Virus record (IMG/VR): IMGVR_UViG_3300021171_000006
Location: 1 to 64,000 of that record
Length of the DNA: 64,000 nt
DNA from: a virus
Strand: one strand, 5' to 3'
Below the pieces are notes generated by a model. The model was not told where the DNA came from and did no database searches. It saw only the letters and a program-made list of their open reading frames with translations. Positions within the stretch are counted from its first letter, which is position 1. Each line of letters begins with the position of its first letter. Below, piece by piece: positions 63,642-64,000 of the stretch. Both the position numbers and the translations under genes were made by a program.

Positions 63642-64000
63642 TCGAGGGCCAGCACATCACCCTCCGCGAACTCAAGGAGTTGGTGAGAACGGCGCGCATT
63701 GCCATTGATGCGGCCGCCCCCAAGATCATCGACATTCAGCAAGCCGTTGCCGAGGCGTTTGGTATCCGGCTCATCGACATGACGTCTGCACGCCGCGCCC
63801 GGTCGGTAGCTCGCCCCCGCCAGGTCGCGATGTACCTCGCCCGGCAGCTGACGCTTAAATCCCTCCCGCAGATCGGTCGAGCCTTCGGCGACCGTGACCA
63901 CACGACAGTGATGCACGCGATCAAACAGGTGGAGATCCTGGCCTCTCTCGACCCGGACTTCGGCGAGCGCATCGTCATCCTGCGCGAGCGTCTCGGGGTA
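63638..64000 (+). CDS. Stand-alone DnaA domain IV (DnaA-box-binding HTH) protein, runs off window
   Basis: ARPRQVAMYLARQLTLKSLPQIGRAFGDRDHTTVMHA. Confidence 0.85.
   Translation, partial: MIEGQHITLRELKELVRTARIAIDAAAPKIIDIQQAVAEAFGIRLIDMTSARRARSVARPRQVAMYLARQLTLKSLPQIGRAFGDRDHTTVMHAIKQVEILASLDPDFGERIVILRERLGV

Noticed and set aside
1-64000. Integrase, terminase, portal, DNA polymerase, reverse transcriptase or a Cas7-like effector
   Set aside because: No recognisable motifs in this window. They may lie outside it, so lifestyle and the effector for the pentamer RNA remain undetermined.

Overview
This window is a 64-kb piece of a GC-rich tailed phage or prophage with a podovirus-like layout. 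The host is probably alphaproteobacterial, judging from GcrA-, GapR- and DnaA-domain-IV-like genes and a CTTGTC-N17-CTATAT promoter. From left to right: (1) end of the major capsid gene, adaptor, Dps, tail nozzle, a sulfotransferase-like/GNAT fusion and ejection proteins, including a 2408-aa polyvalent protein (1-19.9 kb); (2) a 33-tRNA array covering all 20 amino acids, followed by an HNH gene (19.9-23.5 kb); (3) tail-fibre/tailspike-like genes, most with Sec signal peptides (24.5-36 kb); (4) lysis and lipoprotein genes (36-42.9 kb); (5) a leftward early region with RecT and many small ORFs (42.9-56.7 kb); (6) a divergent promoter and a rightward regulatory/replication operon (56.9-64 kb). 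Five observations stand out. (a) A stand-alone minus-strand small RNA built from G(G/C)Y-NN pentamers. Its variable dinucleotides spell a wobble-skipping complement to the 5' end of the neighbouring tail gene, most likely to a competitor's allele, making it a candidate non-contiguous guide RNA. (b) A leaderless 32-codon leader containing 19 of the 20 amino acids, with antiterminator and terminator, upstream of the tRNA array. (c) Two small genes overprinted inside the giant ejection gene. (d) Tail-like proteins with export signals. (e) dif-like sites flanking accessory genes. All calls come from reading the sequence by eye; no database searches or folding programs were run.
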